Source: Candidatus Marinacidobacterales bacterium
Lineage (GTDB): Bacteria > Acidobacteriota > Vicinamibacteria > Marinacidobacterales > SMYC01
Length of the DNA stretch: 64,000 nt
Assembly: GCA_965224085.1 (NCBI GenBank)
Contig: CBDCYI010000005.1
Coordinates: 1,664,001-1,728,000, forward strand
Direction of reading: 5' to 3'
Shown here: positions 30,362 through 39,428 of the stretch, piece after piece
Numbering within the stretch: position 1 is the stretch's first letter
Layout of the letters: each line of letters starts with the position of its first letter
Notes under the pieces: model-generated
Seen by the model: only the letters and a program-made list of their open reading frames with translations
What the model was told of the DNA's origin: nothing
The model's database searches: none
Position numbers and translations under genes: made by a program

Positions 30362-30529
30362 ATGGACAACAAGTGTTGCCATTGCGGGGTCAGCGAAGAC
30401 GAACGTCCGGTCGTGAAGTGCGTCATCTGCTTCCGCTACTACTGCAAGGAATGCGAGTTCGACCGCGGGGGTCGGCCGTTTTGCACCAAGCAGTGCTCCG
30501 AGTTTTTCTTTTTCGGAGATGACGATTGA
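30362..30529 (+). CDS. 55-aa Cys-rich zinc-finger-like protein (absent from the ORF track)
   Basis: MDNKCCHCGVSEDERPVVKCVICFRYYCKECEFDRGGRPFCTKQCSEFFFFGDDD. Three CxxC pairs plus one CxxxC. Confidence 0.8.
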   Translation: MDNKCCHCGVSEDERPVVKCVICFRYYCKECEFDRGGRPFCTKQCSEFFFFGDDD

Positions 30530-30614
30530 TTCAGCATATTCGCGCTTCTCACTCACATCTGATTGTCTCGAAGCAGCCCGAATGCGGACGTTTCAGGAAT
30601 ATTAGTCCCGCTTG

Positions 30615-31865
30615 TCAGAGAGTTCTTGCTCGTACTCTAAGGATGCGATGAGCCACCACTTTGTCGACCGAGAAGATGGCGCCTCCCGCGTTGAGCTCTT
30701 CGCCGGCGACGGGGATGTGGCCCAAGCGGTCCAAGATCAAACCAGCGAGCGTGTTGTAGTCGGCGTGCTCGGGAAGCTCTAGAGACAATTGCTCGTTGGC
30801 GTCCTTGATGGAAAGCACGCCGTCTAATAGGTAGCTTCCATCCGGGAGTTCGAAGATTTGAGACTCCTCGACGTCTTTTTCGTCGAAGAGCTCGCCCACA
30901 ATCTCTTCGAGTAGGTCTTCGAGCGTCACGAGGCCTTCGATACCCCCGTGCTCGTCAACGACGAGCGCCATGTGCGTGCGTTGTTGCTGGAGCTGTTCTA
31001 GCGCTTGCTCGACTCTGGCAGAGTCGGGGATGAAGTACGGCCTTCGTAGCACTTGCTCGAGCTGGAAAGGGATCCGAGCGCCCCAATAAGTGAGAACATC
31101 TTTGGCAAAGAGCAGACCAACGATATTGTCGAGCGTATCGTCGAAGACGGGCATGCGGGAAAACCGTTGGTTCTGGATGATGCGGACGATCTCTTCGAGC
31201 GGCGTGTCTTTTTCGACGGCCACCATCTCCGTGCGCGGGATCATGACTTCCGCCACGCGTTTTTCTGCTAGCTCGATGACCTTACGGAGCATTTGCCGAC
31301 GGGCTCCGCGCTCGTCCTCGGGAACGCCGCCAGCGTAGAGGATCGCTTTGATTTCTTCGAGCGTGACCGCGGATCCGAGAGCCCCCGTGCCAACGCCGAA
31401 CAGCGAGAGAAAAGCGTTAGAGACCATCGTCAAGAGCTTGACCGCAGGAGAGAGCAAGCGGATGAGGCCGGAGAGGGGACGGATCACGCGCAACGACCAC
31501 GCCTCCGGATGGCGTGCCGCGAAGCTTTTCGGGACCATCTCGCCGAAGACGAGGATGAGTCCCGTCAGAACGATAGTGGCGATGATGGTCTGCCCCCACC
31601 GGTCTTCGGAAGCGACGAGGGCCGTGATGGCGTAGGTAATGAGCGCGCCGGCCGCCGTGTTGATGAACACGTTCCCGGTCAAGATCGTGCCGAGAACTCT
31701 TTCGGGATGCGCGATGAGATCCCTGACGCGCGCCGCGCGGGGCTCGGTCCGCTCCAAGTGCCGGAGCCGAAATCGGTCGAGGGACATGAGCGCCGTCTCG
31801 GAGCCCGAGAAAAAGGCAGACAAGGACAGAATAACGACGAGTCCGAGGACAATGGCGATGAGCAT
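30615..31865 (-). CDS. CNNM/CorB-type (hemolysin-family) protein: DUF21 + CBS pair + CorC domain
   Basis: SAFFSGSETAL, FGEMVPK, VMIPR, FSRMPV, VVDEHGGIEGLVTLEDLLEEIVGE. Confidence 0.92.
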   Translation of the reverse strand: MLIAIVLGLVVILSLSAFFSGSETALMSLDRFRLRHLERTEPRAARVRDLIAHPERVLGTILTGNVFINTAAGALITYAITALVASEDRWGQTIIATIVLTGLILVFGEMVPKSFAARHPEAWSLRVIRPLSGLIRLLSPAVKLLTMVSNAFLSLFGVGTGALGSAVTLEEIKAILYAGGVPEDERGARRQMLRKVIELAEKRVAEVMIPRTEMVAVEKDTPLEEIVRIIQNQRFSRMPVFDDTLDNIVGLLFAKDVLTYWGARIPFQLEQVLRRPYFIPDSARVEQALEQLQQQRTHMALVVDEHGGIEGLVTLEDLLEEIVGELFDEKDVEESQIFELPDGSYLLDGVLSIKDANEQLSLELPEHADYNTLAGLILDRLGHIPVAGEELNAGGAIFSVDKVVAHRILRVRARTL

Positions 31866-31928
31866 CGAAGGTCAGTGATTCAATTATAGTTTCCGCCGGC
31901 AGGTTTGGCATCGGGGTACAATTCGGGG

Positions 31929-32027
31929 ATGGAGCTCAGTGGTATCGTCCTGATGGTTCTGATCCTTGGCGGCATGTGGGGGGGGTTCGCTTACTTCCTC
32001 TACCAATCTCTGAATCAGGACCGCTAG
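31929..32027 (+). CDS. 32-aa single-TM protein resembling the MetS-family NSS transporter small subunit
   Basis: MELSGIVLMVLILGGMWGGFAYFLYQSLNQDR: hydrophobic helix with WGG, ending 4 nt before gpsA. Confidence 0.65.
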   Translation: MELSGIVLMVLILGGMWGGFAYFLYQSLNQDR

Positions 32028-32031
32028 CCTC

Positions 32032-33021
32032 ATGGCGGTGGCCGTCGTCGGCGCGGGGGCCTGGGGGACGGCGCTCGCGAAGTCGATCGCGGACCAAGGC
32101 GAGCCCGTCACGCTTTGGTGCCGTGAGCCCGAAGTCGTCGCCGCAGTGAAGGAGCTGCGCGTCAACGAGCTCTTTCTTCCCGACGTGCGTCTTCCCGATA
32201 AGCTCGACGTGACGCAGGAGCTCGGGGCGTGCGTACGTGACAAAGAACTCATTCTTCTGGCGGTGCCGTCCCAATATTTTCGATACGTTCTCGAGGAGCT
32301 CGCACCCCATCTGAGCAAGGGCCAGCGTTTCGTGAGCGCAACCAAAGGCATCGAAGAAGGAACTCTTCTGCGCATGAGCGAAGTCGTCGCCGACGTGCTA
32401 CCCTTTTCCCCCGATCTCACAGCGATCTCGGGTCCGACCTTCGCGAAGGAGGTCGCCCGCGCAGAGCCGACCGCCCTCGTCGCGGCGAGCGAGAACGACG
32501 CCTCGACGCTCTACGTCCAAGCCCGTTTGGCGACGAGGACATTCCGGGTTTACACGAACGACGACGTGATTGGCGTCGAGCTGGGAGGCGCGCTCAAGAA
32601 CGTCATCGCCATAGCCGTTGGGGTCGCGAGCGGCCTCGGCCTCGGCTACAATCCCGCGGCCGCGCTGATGACTCGTGGCCTCGCCGAGATCTCGAGACTC
32701 GCCGAAGCCATGGGCGGCAAGCGCGAGACGCTCGCTGGGCTTTCTGGCGTCGGCGATCTCGTGCTCACATGCACCGGCCAACTCTCTCGAAACCGAACCG
32801 TCGGCGTCGCGCTCGGTGAAGGCAAGTCGCTCGCCGATATCATGTCCAAGATGCGTCAAGTCGTCGAAGGCGTCGCAACTACCCACGCCGCCGTCGAGCT
32901 GGCCCTCGCCAACCAAATAGAGATGCCCATAGCCTTCCAGATGGAACGCCTGCTGAAGGGAGAAGCAACCGCCAGAGAAGCGATGCATGAGCTCCTGGAT
33001 CGCCCGGTGGGCTCGGAATGA
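32032..33021 (+). CDS. gpsA: NAD(P)H-dependent glycerol-3-phosphate dehydrogenase
   Basis: GAGAWGTALA, TKGIE, SGPTFA.E, GGALKNVIAI, GDLVLTC...SRN. Confidence 0.96.
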   Translation: MAVAVVGAGAWGTALAKSIADQGEPVTLWCREPEVVAAVKELRVNELFLPDVRLPDKLDVTQELGACVRDKELILLAVPSQYFRYVLEELAPHLSKGQRFVSATKGIEEGTLLRMSEVVADVLPFSPDLTAISGPTFAKEVARAEPTALVAASENDASTLYVQARLATRTFRVYTNDDVIGVELGGALKNVIAIAVGVASGLGLGYNPAAALMTRGLAEISRLAEAMGGKRETLAGLSGVGDLVLTCTGQLSRNRTVGVALGEGKSLADIMSKMRQVVEGVATTHAAVELALANQIEMPIAFQMERLLKGEATAREAMHELLDRPVGSE

Positions 33022-33051
33022 TTCAGCATTCAGAAATCCTGAATCATGGAT

Positions 33052-34134
33052 TCAAAAGATTTCCAGAATTTCATACAACGTTGTTCGCTGTGCCGGGCGA
33101 AATCCTGCCTCCCGAATGAGGGTTTTTATTTCATCCGTCGACGTTTTGTTCACGAAGCCGGTTGCCGCGTGTACGTTCTCTTCGAAGAGGGTGCCGCCGA
33201 AATCGTCCGCGCCCCAGTGGAGCGCGACCTGGCCGGTCTTCTTGCCTTCAGAGAACCACGAGGCTTGGATGTGATCGAAATTGTCGAGGTAGATTCTCGA
33301 CGCTGCCAGCATGCGGAGGTACTGATTGGGGCCCGCGTGGCGCGGGATCTTCTTGACTAAAGGCGTATTGCCCGGCTTGAAGCTCCACGGGACGAAGGCC
33401 GTGAAGCCGCCGTGCTCATCCTGGAGTGAGCGGATCGCTTCGAAATGCTCGACGACGTCCTCGGGTGTTTCGACGTGGCCGTACATCATCGTGGCTGTCG
33501 AGCGGAATCCGAGCGCATGCGCCTCGCGGTGCACGTCGAGCCAGCTCAGTGTGATCCCCTTTTTGTGCGAGATCTTTTTGCGCACCCTCTCGGAAAGGAT
33601 CTCGGCCCCGCCGCCGGGGATGGTCGTCTGGCCGGCGTCTTTGAGTGCGCCCAGCACTTCTCGCAACGGGAGTCCGGACACCGCCGCCATGCCCTCGATC
33701 TCCGCCGCGCTCCAAAAATGAGGCGTGACTCGCGGGTAGCGCTCGCGCACCGCGCGGACGAGCTCGAGATAATAGTCTAGCGGCAGCTCCGAGTTGACAC
33801 CGCCTTGCATCAAGACCGTTGTGACGCCGTATTCCGCGGAACGGCCGATGCGCTCGAGCATCTCCTCGACCGAGTACGTATAAGCCTCGTCGTGGCCGGG
33901 GCTCCGGTAGAACGCGCAAAACGTGCAGTCGACGTTGCACACGTTGGTGTAGTTTGGATTGGTGTCGATGACGAAGGTAACGATCGGTTCGGGATGTTGT
34001 TTGCGCCGAACCTCCATGGCGAGCTGACCCAGATCGAGGAGGCTAACTTCAGAGAGAAGGAACAAACCGTCGTCGCGGTCGACGCGCTCACCGGCGCGTA
34101 CTTTGTCGCGGACTGCTTCGAAAGTTGGGCTCAT
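33052..34134 (-). CDS. mqnC: Cyclic dehypoxanthinyl futalosine synthase
   Basis: CNVDCTFC, IPGGGAEIL, TATMMYGH, GADDFGGT..EENV, within the mqn cluster. Confidence 0.88.
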   Translation of the reverse strand: MSPTFEAVRDKVRAGERVDRDDGLFLLSEVSLLDLGQLAMEVRRKQHPEPIVTFVIDTNPNYTNVCNVDCTFCAFYRSPGHDEAYTYSVEEMLERIGRSAEYGVTTVLMQGGVNSELPLDYYLELVRAVRERYPRVTPHFWSAAEIEGMAAVSGLPLREVLGALKDAGQTTIPGGGAEILSERVRKKISHKKGITLSWLDVHREAHALGFRSTATMMYGHVETPEDVVEHFEAIRSLQDEHGGFTAFVPWSFKPGNTPLVKKIPRHAGPNQYLRMLAASRIYLDNFDHIQASWFSEGKKTGQVALHWGADDFGGTLFEENVHAATGFVNKTSTDEIKTLIREAGFRPAQRTTLYEILEIF

Positions 34135-34139
34135 AGGGT

Positions 34140-34901
34140 TCAAATGGGTTCGAGAAAATTGTGTTCGCGGGTCAGTCGGCGAAACTCTTCGAGGCCTTTC
34201 ATCTCCTCGGGCCCGAGTCGATAGTGAAAATTCCGGAGGTAGGAGGCCAGGATTTCACGTGGGCCGAGCTCTCCTGCGAACTGCGCCGCGATATCGTTGA
34301 TTTGCGACATGCCGACGGTAAACGAGCGCTCCAGTAGGTCGGCGAGCTCATCCTTTGTTCCGGGGGTGAGCGAGCGTCGCACCGCCCAGAGTGCGAAGAC
34401 GAACGGAAGCTCCGTCCAGTTCCACCACTCCGTCGCGAGATCATAGCGATAGGGAAAGTCCGGCGTCGCCCTCGTGTTGCGCCGGAGGGCTTCGTTTCCA
34501 ATCACGAGAAAAGCGTCGCCTTCTTCTCGGAGCCCACGCACATATTCTGCAGGGCGGTTCTTGTCACGAAGCTCGACCAAGACACGGAGCAGTCGGACGG
34601 AGGTGGAGGTCTCTTCGGTAATCCCGATGCGCGCGCCGTCGAACTCGGCCATGGGCCGGCGGCTCAGCAACAAGATGCTGCGGACTTCGTGCCGGTTGGC
34701 CACGCCCAGGCCCGCGATGGGCTCGTAGCGGTCCTCATGGACGAAGTAATCCGCAGTGGCAAGGATGCCGGCATCGATCTCGCCGTTTTCGGCCATCTGG
34801 CCCAGCTCCCGCGGTGGCGTCGGGATCAGTCGATGTTCTCCGAGCAGCGGGTAGAACGGCTGACTGTTCAAGTACGAGATTTGCCCGATCAGAAGTCGCA
34901 C
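34140..34901 (-). CDS. mqnA: Chorismate dehydratase
   Basis: ISYLNS.P, TSTSV.L, IGNEAL, DLA.EW..WT.LPFVFALW. Confidence 0.92.
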   Translation of the reverse strand: MRLLIGQISYLNSQPFYPLLGEHRLIPTPPRELGQMAENGEIDAGILATADYFVHEDRYEPIAGLGVANRHEVRSILLLSRRPMAEFDGARIGITEETSTSVRLLRVLVELRDKNRPAEYVRGLREEGDAFLVIGNEALRRNTRATPDFPYRYDLATEWWNWTELPFVFALWAVRRSLTPGTKDELADLLERSFTVGMSQINDIAAQFAGELGPREILASYLRNFHYRLGPEEMKGLEEFRRLTREHNFLEPI

Positions 34902-34907
34902 GTCGGC

Positions 34908-36008
34908 TCAGTTATAGACGCGCAGGACGTTATAGAGCGCGTCGCGCTCGGCGGGGACTTTGCCGGCTTCGCGGATCATCTCAATGAGTTTGTCACGCGC
35001 GAGGCCGATGGCGCTTTTCGCCTGCGCGTAATGCGCGATCCGTTCTTCGCCGATCGTTCCGTCGAGGTCGCTCGCGCCGAAGTTGAGAGCCACGGAAGCG
35101 GTTTCTTCTCCGAGCATGACCCAGTACGACTTGACGTGGTCGAAGTTGTCGAGCAGCAACCGGGCGCAAGCCACGGTCCGGAGGTCCTCGATTGCCGAGG
35201 CTTGCCGCTCCGCGAGCCCGGTATTGCCGGGCTGGAGGGCGAGCGGGATGAAGGACAGGAATCCCGGGGTCTCGTCTTGCGCGTCGCGCAGCCGCAGCAT
35301 GTGAACCACACGCTCTTCGTAGGTCTCGATATGGCCGTAGAGAAGCGTCGCGTTCGAAGGAAAGCCCATCTCGTGGGCGATGCGGTGCACTTCGAACCAG
35401 CGGTCGGCGCCCATTTTGTGCTTGAACGTCGCTTCCTGCACCCGCTCCGAAAAAACTTCAGCGCCGCCTCCCGGAAGCGATTGCAGGCCGACCTCGCGAA
35501 GCCGCTCGAGCACTTCTTCGATAGAGATCCTCGCGATCCTCGCGAACCAGTCGATCTCGACGGCGGTCCATGCCTTGATTTGAATGGAAGGAAAGGCCTC
35601 GTGGATACGCTTCACGATGTTCAAGTAATCTTCGAACTTCCACGTCGGGTGGAGGCCTCCGACGATGTGCACTTCCGAAAGCTCGTCGCCGAGTTTTTTT
35701 AGGATCTCGTCGATCGACATCTCATAAGCGTGGTCATCGCCCGGCTTCGCCGCGAAATCGCAGAACGTACAGTCGAGAACGCAGAGATTTGTCGGGTTGA
35801 TTTGCCGGTTCATGACGAAGTAAACTCGGTTGCCCGACTTTTTGCGCTTCACGTGGTCCGCCATTTTGCCGATGGCCGTGAGGTCCCAGCTATTCAAGAC
35901 CGCGAGCCCGTCTTCGCTGCCGAGACGCCCGCCGGATAGGACGCGCTCCCATACGGGGATGAGTGCCTCGTCTTGAAATACGATTTCTTCTTGCGCGGTC
36001 GATGTCAC
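34908..36008 (-). CDS. mqnE: Aminofutalosine synthase
   Basis: NPTNLCVLDCTFC, EVHIVGG, NATLLYGHIE, HVKSYWVM, ERDALYN. Confidence 0.9.
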   Translation of the reverse strand: MTSTAQEEIVFQDEALIPVWERVLSGGRLGSEDGLAVLNSWDLTAIGKMADHVKRKKSGNRVYFVMNRQINPTNLCVLDCTFCDFAAKPGDDHAYEMSIDEILKKLGDELSEVHIVGGLHPTWKFEDYLNIVKRIHEAFPSIQIKAWTAVEIDWFARIARISIEEVLERLREVGLQSLPGGGAEVFSERVQEATFKHKMGADRWFEVHRIAHEMGFPSNATLLYGHIETYEERVVHMLRLRDAQDETPGFLSFIPLALQPGNTGLAERQASAIEDLRTVACARLLLDNFDHVKSYWVMLGEETASVALNFGASDLDGTIGEERIAHYAQAKSAIGLARDKLIEMIREAGKVPAERDALYNVLRVYN

Positions 36009-36123
36009 TCGAAAGCTCCTGACCGGAAATTCTTACAAAACCGCGTCGCGGTTTCCAGTCCCGTTAGTCGCGGCTCGCTCCAGTCGATGTAAACCATTTA
36101 GTAGTAATCAGTTAACCGGGAGC

Positions 36124-36969
36124 TCAAAAGTGAAGCCCGACGCCGGCCCAGACGAAACCTAGCACGACAAAACCGATGACGGCGTTTATTTTGAAAAAGG
36201 CGAGCTCGACGGAGGAGGCCTTGCGGTGCTCGAGCAGCAAGAGCGCGGCGATGGCGACGAGAAGCACCGCGGCGACGGATCCTTCCATGGACGTCCAGTA
36301 CAGCACGCCCAAAAGTAAGAACGCCACGACGTGGAACGCAAACGAGACCGCGAGCGCGCGCTTCTTGCCGAGCCGGGACGGCAGGGAGTAGAGCCCGTCG
36401 CTCCGGTCGAAATCGACGTCGAGCATGGCATAGATGATGTCGAAACCCGCGACCCAGAACAAGGTGAACAGGCATAAGAGCAGGACACGCGGGTAGTCAT
36501 GGAAATCGAGTTGGACGGCGTACCAAGCTCCGAGGGGACCCATCGCGAGCGACGCGCCCACGCCCAAATGCGCCCACATCGTGAACCGTTTCATTAGCGG
36601 GTAGAGGAGGAAGATGCCGAGCGGGATGGGGCTGAACAAGAGACATTTGGGCGATATCAAAAAGGCCGCACCGAGATAGACCGTCGCGCCGAGCCCGGTG
36701 ACGAGCGAGGCCTCCGCGAGCGTCATCTGCCCGCTCGGAAGCTCGCGGCCGGCGGTGCGCGGGTTGCGGCGGTCGATCGCGCGGTCCAGGATCCGGTTCA
36801 TCCCGAGCGCTGCTGTCCGGGCTCCCGTTCCGGCGAGGAGAATGAGCATGAATACGCGCCAGGTCAAAGCCTCCTCTGCGAGCAAGGCGCCGCTGAGCAA
36901 CAGAGGAAACGAAAAGAGCGTGTGCTCGATCTTTACGAAACGGCTATACGTCTTCAAACGATCTTGCAT
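36124..36969 (-). CDS. mqnP: UbiA-family prenyltransferase (MqnP-like)
   Basis: KIEHTLF, NRILDRAIDRRNPRT..RELP, GFDIIYA..D..FD; first gene of the mqn cluster. Confidence 0.85.
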   Translation of the reverse strand: MQDRLKTYSRFVKIEHTLFSFPLLLSGALLAEEALTWRVFMLILLAGTGARTAALGMNRILDRAIDRRNPRTAGRELPSGQMTLAEASLVTGLGATVYLGAAFLISPKCLLFSPIPLGIFLLYPLMKRFTMWAHLGVGASLAMGPLGAWYAVQLDFHDYPRVLLLCLFTLFWVAGFDIIYAMLDVDFDRSDGLYSLPSRLGKKRALAVSFAFHVVAFLLLGVLYWTSMEGSVAAVLLVAIAALLLLEHRKASSVELAFFKINAVIGFVVLGFVWAGVGLHF

Positions 36970-36990
36970 GCGCGTTCATTAGAAACCCCT

Positions 36991-37020
36991 TTGACAGTCA
37001 GAATCAATGCCCCTTAGAAT
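36991..37020 (+). promoter_or_regulatory. Sigma70-type promoter upstream of the histone-like gene
   Basis: TTGACA-18nt-TAGAAT. Confidence 0.6.
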
Positions 37021-37211
37021 TCCGACCGAACTGCCGAGCAGACCCGAGAGGTTCCATAGCGCATAGTCCAGAAGCGTCAGTCGCAACTCCTGTCGCCAAC
37101 GAGATGACGAAATCCGCTTACGATGTTATTCTCGATTCGTTGTGCGGGACGGTTCGTCTGACGTGATCGAGTCAAATAACTGCTGAACGTGGATGGAGGT
37201 GGGCAGCTGAA

Positions 37212-37739
37212 ATGACGAAGAAAAAGAAGAAGACGAAAGCCAGGAAGAAAAAAGCTACGAAGCGCAAAGCCAAGAAGAAAGCCGCCAAGAAGAAAACGAA
37301 AAAAAGGGCAGGCCGCAAAGTCGCGAAGAAAAAGAAAGCGGTAAAGAAAAAGGCTAAGAAGAAGTCCGCCAAGAAGAAAACTACGAAGAAGAAGACGAAA
37401 AAAAAGGCGGCCAAGAAAAAGGCCGCTAAGAGGAGAGCCAAGAAAAAAGCCGCTCCCAAGAAGGCAGCGAAAAGGAAGGCCGTAGCCAGAGAGGTTGCGG
37501 CGCCGAAGAAAGTTGCGCCCGCGCCGGCCCCTACGCCCGCCCCGCCTGACGTCGCGCCCACTACGCCTACCCAGGCACCGTGGGAGCGCGAGAGCGGTGC
37601 GTCGAGCACCGATACACCGTCGCCGTGGGGATCGGAGTCGTCGGACGCACGCACCGGCAGTCCCGGCTTGGGCGAGCCCGAAGCGGAGGCGGATGACAAC
37701 GACGATGACTTAGGTGGCGGGACAGGTCCCAGCTTCTAA
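37212..37739 (+). CDS. Histone H1-like Lys/Ala-rich protein with an acidic C-terminus
   Basis: About 50 Lys in the first ~90 aa, then a Pro/Ala linker and a D/E-rich tail. Has its own promoter, a GGAGG RBS and a downstream hairpin. Confidence 0.8.
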   Translation: MTKKKKKTKARKKKATKRKAKKKAAKKKTKKRAGRKVAKKKKAVKKKAKKKSAKKKTTKKKTKKKAAKKKAAKRRAKKKAAPKKAAKRKAVAREVAAPKKVAPAPAPTPAPPDVAPTTPTQAPWERESGASSTDTPSPWGSESSDARTGSPGLGEPEAEADDNDDDLGGGTGPSF

Positions 37740-37769
37740 CTCGGCCGTCTAGAACCCACCATCATCTGA

Positions 37770-37800
37770 AGCGCCCTCGGCCTAACGGGTCGGGGGCGCT
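37770..37800. terminator. GC-rich hairpin between convergent genes
   Basis: AGCGCCCTCGGCC-TAACG-GGTCGGGGGCGCT with G-U pairs; no clear U-tract. Confidence 0.55.
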
Positions 37801-37809
37801 GCCGATGCG

Positions 37810-38007
37810 TCATTCTTCGTCGAGAATGAAACGCCCGCCCTCTGCGAAATGCTTCTTATCGCACGTCGGACAGGCGACGAACTGCTTTCCGGCCTCCTGT
37901 TTGATCATGCCACTCGCATCTTCCCCCTCGATCGGGTTGCCGCAGGTGCAATAGAACACGCCCTCTTCGAGAAACACGTCGTCCTCGACTTCCAATTCGT
38001 CACTCAT
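37810..38007 (-). CDS. Small acidic zinc-ribbon protein
   Basis: CTC...CPTC motif; AAGGAG RBS upstream. Confidence 0.7.
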   Translation of the reverse strand: MSDELEVEDDVFLEEGVFYCTCGNPIEGEDASGMIKQEAGKQFVACPTCDKKHFAEGGRFILDEE

Positions 38008-38209
38008 GGCACGCTCCTTAGACTCATAAGCGAGATTCGCGGGACCTAGAAAAGTATAGCATTCGGCCTTCGAAGTAGTCGATTTCGGGAAGTGCCGTTT
38101 CGTGATAGGATTCGACTCCTGGCTGCGAAAATCATCGCCCTGAAGCGGCGAGATCTTGGACCGCTCCCGTCTGGGATGATCTCCTATTCAGCCAAGAGAG
38201 ACTAACGAA

Positions 38210-39382
38210 ATGGAACCAAAGACACGAAGGCTTGCCTTGGTCGCCGTACTCACGCTCCTCGTTTCCGTGGCCTGCGGTAATCCGGACGTGGGAATCACGA
38301 GTGAAGAGATTCTCGTCGGAACCTGGACGCCGTTGACGGGCCCGGCTTCCAATCTCTCTACGATCGCCAAAGGTATGGAGGCGTATTTCGCCTACGTTAA
38401 TGAAGAGGAGGGTGGCGTCCATGGGCGCAAGCTCAATCTTCTCATCAAAGATGACGGCTACGACCCCGCGCGCACGCCGGCCGTCGTAGAGGAGCTCGTC
38501 GAGGGAGTCCGTGTCTTCGCTCTTTTGGGGGGCAACGGCACCGCGAACTGCCTTGCGGTGAAAGACTACATCGCCATCAAACTGCTTCCCTGGATAAACC
38601 CCGGTTCGGGAGCGCGCGTCTGGACGTCTCCCATGAACGCCTATGTGTTCTCGACCTACCCGTCCTACGTGACCGAGGGGCGCATTCTCGCCAAATATGT
38701 CACCGACGAGCTCCAGGCGGAAAAGTACGGCATGTTTTACCAAGACGACTCCTTTGGGCGTGAAGGGCAAGAGGGGGTGCGCCTCGGCCTGCGTAATAGC
38801 GACAATGAGATTGCCGTCGCGGAAGCCTATACGGTCGGCAACAACGACTTGGCGGAGGTCGCCCAGAAGTTCAAAGACGAGGAAGTCGACGTGATCTTCG
38901 TGTGGACAATCACAGAAGGCGCGGCCGCCCTCGTGAACGCGATCGAAGCACTCGGAGACTACGATCCTCAGATTGTGGCGACGCAGGTTCTCGCCGATCC
39001 CGTGATGTTCGATCTCACCGGCGAGAGCTGGGACGGCGCGATCGTGGCTTCGAGCGTTCCCGAGACCAATTCGAACGAGCCCGGCGTTGTCAAAGGTCGT
39101 CAGATCATCGAAAAATACGGCGACGGGATCGAGTTCGGCACCTACGCCATGTTGGGCCTCGCGCGCGCGGAAGTCATGGTCGAAGGTTTGCGCCGTGCCG
39201 GGCCCGACCTCAACCGGCTGAAATTGATCCTGGCCCTCGAGGGCATGAAAGACTGGAGCGACAACTTCCTAGGCACGCCCATCAGCTTTAGCGCCGAGAA
39301 CCACCAAGGTTTGAACTCCGTCCACCTCAGCAAAGCCGAGGGCGGGCGGCTCGTTCAATTGTCCGACTGGCTCGAGTCTTGA
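38210..39382 (+). CDS. ABC transporter substrate-binding lipoprotein (LivJ/K-like periplasmic binding protein)
   Basis: Lipobox VAC, PLTGPAS, GGVHGRKL..DDGYDP, YQDDSFG. Confidence 0.88.
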   Translation: MEPKTRRLALVAVLTLLVSVACGNPDVGITSEEILVGTWTPLTGPASNLSTIAKGMEAYFAYVNEEEGGVHGRKLNLLIKDDGYDPARTPAVVEELVEGVRVFALLGGNGTANCLAVKDYIAIKLLPWINPGSGARVWTSPMNAYVFSTYPSYVTEGRILAKYVTDELQAEKYGMFYQDDSFGREGQEGVRLGLRNSDNEIAVAEAYTVGNNDLAEVAQKFKDEEVDVIFVWTITEGAAALVNAIEALGDYDPQIVATQVLADPVMFDLTGESWDGAIVASSVPETNSNEPGVVKGRQIIEKYGDGIEFGTYAMLGLARAEVMVEGLRRAGPDLNRLKLILALEGMKDWSDNFLGTPISFSAENHQGLNSVHLSKAEGGRLVQLSDWLES

Positions 39383-39398
39383 GACCCAGACGCTTTAT

Positions 39399-39428
39399 TT
39401 GACGCTCCGACGTGAAGCCGATTAGAAT
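39399..39428 (+). promoter_or_regulatory. Sigma70-type promoter upstream of the XRE gene
   Basis: TTGACG-18nt-TAGAAT. Confidence 0.55.

Noticed and set aside
30326-30556. 76-aa minus-strand ORF and 69-aa plus-strand ORF (30313-30522)
   Set aside because: Both overlap the much more protein-like Cys-rich ORF at 30362-30529.
30527-30560. Sec readthrough at other TGA stops, for example the Cys-rich microprotein
   Set aside because: No SECIS-like hairpin and no Cys-motif context at the TGA.
37172-37699. Phe/Ala-rich minus-strand 'membrane protein' ORF
   Set aside because: It is the reverse complement of the Lys-rich gene; the promoter and RBS support the plus strand.
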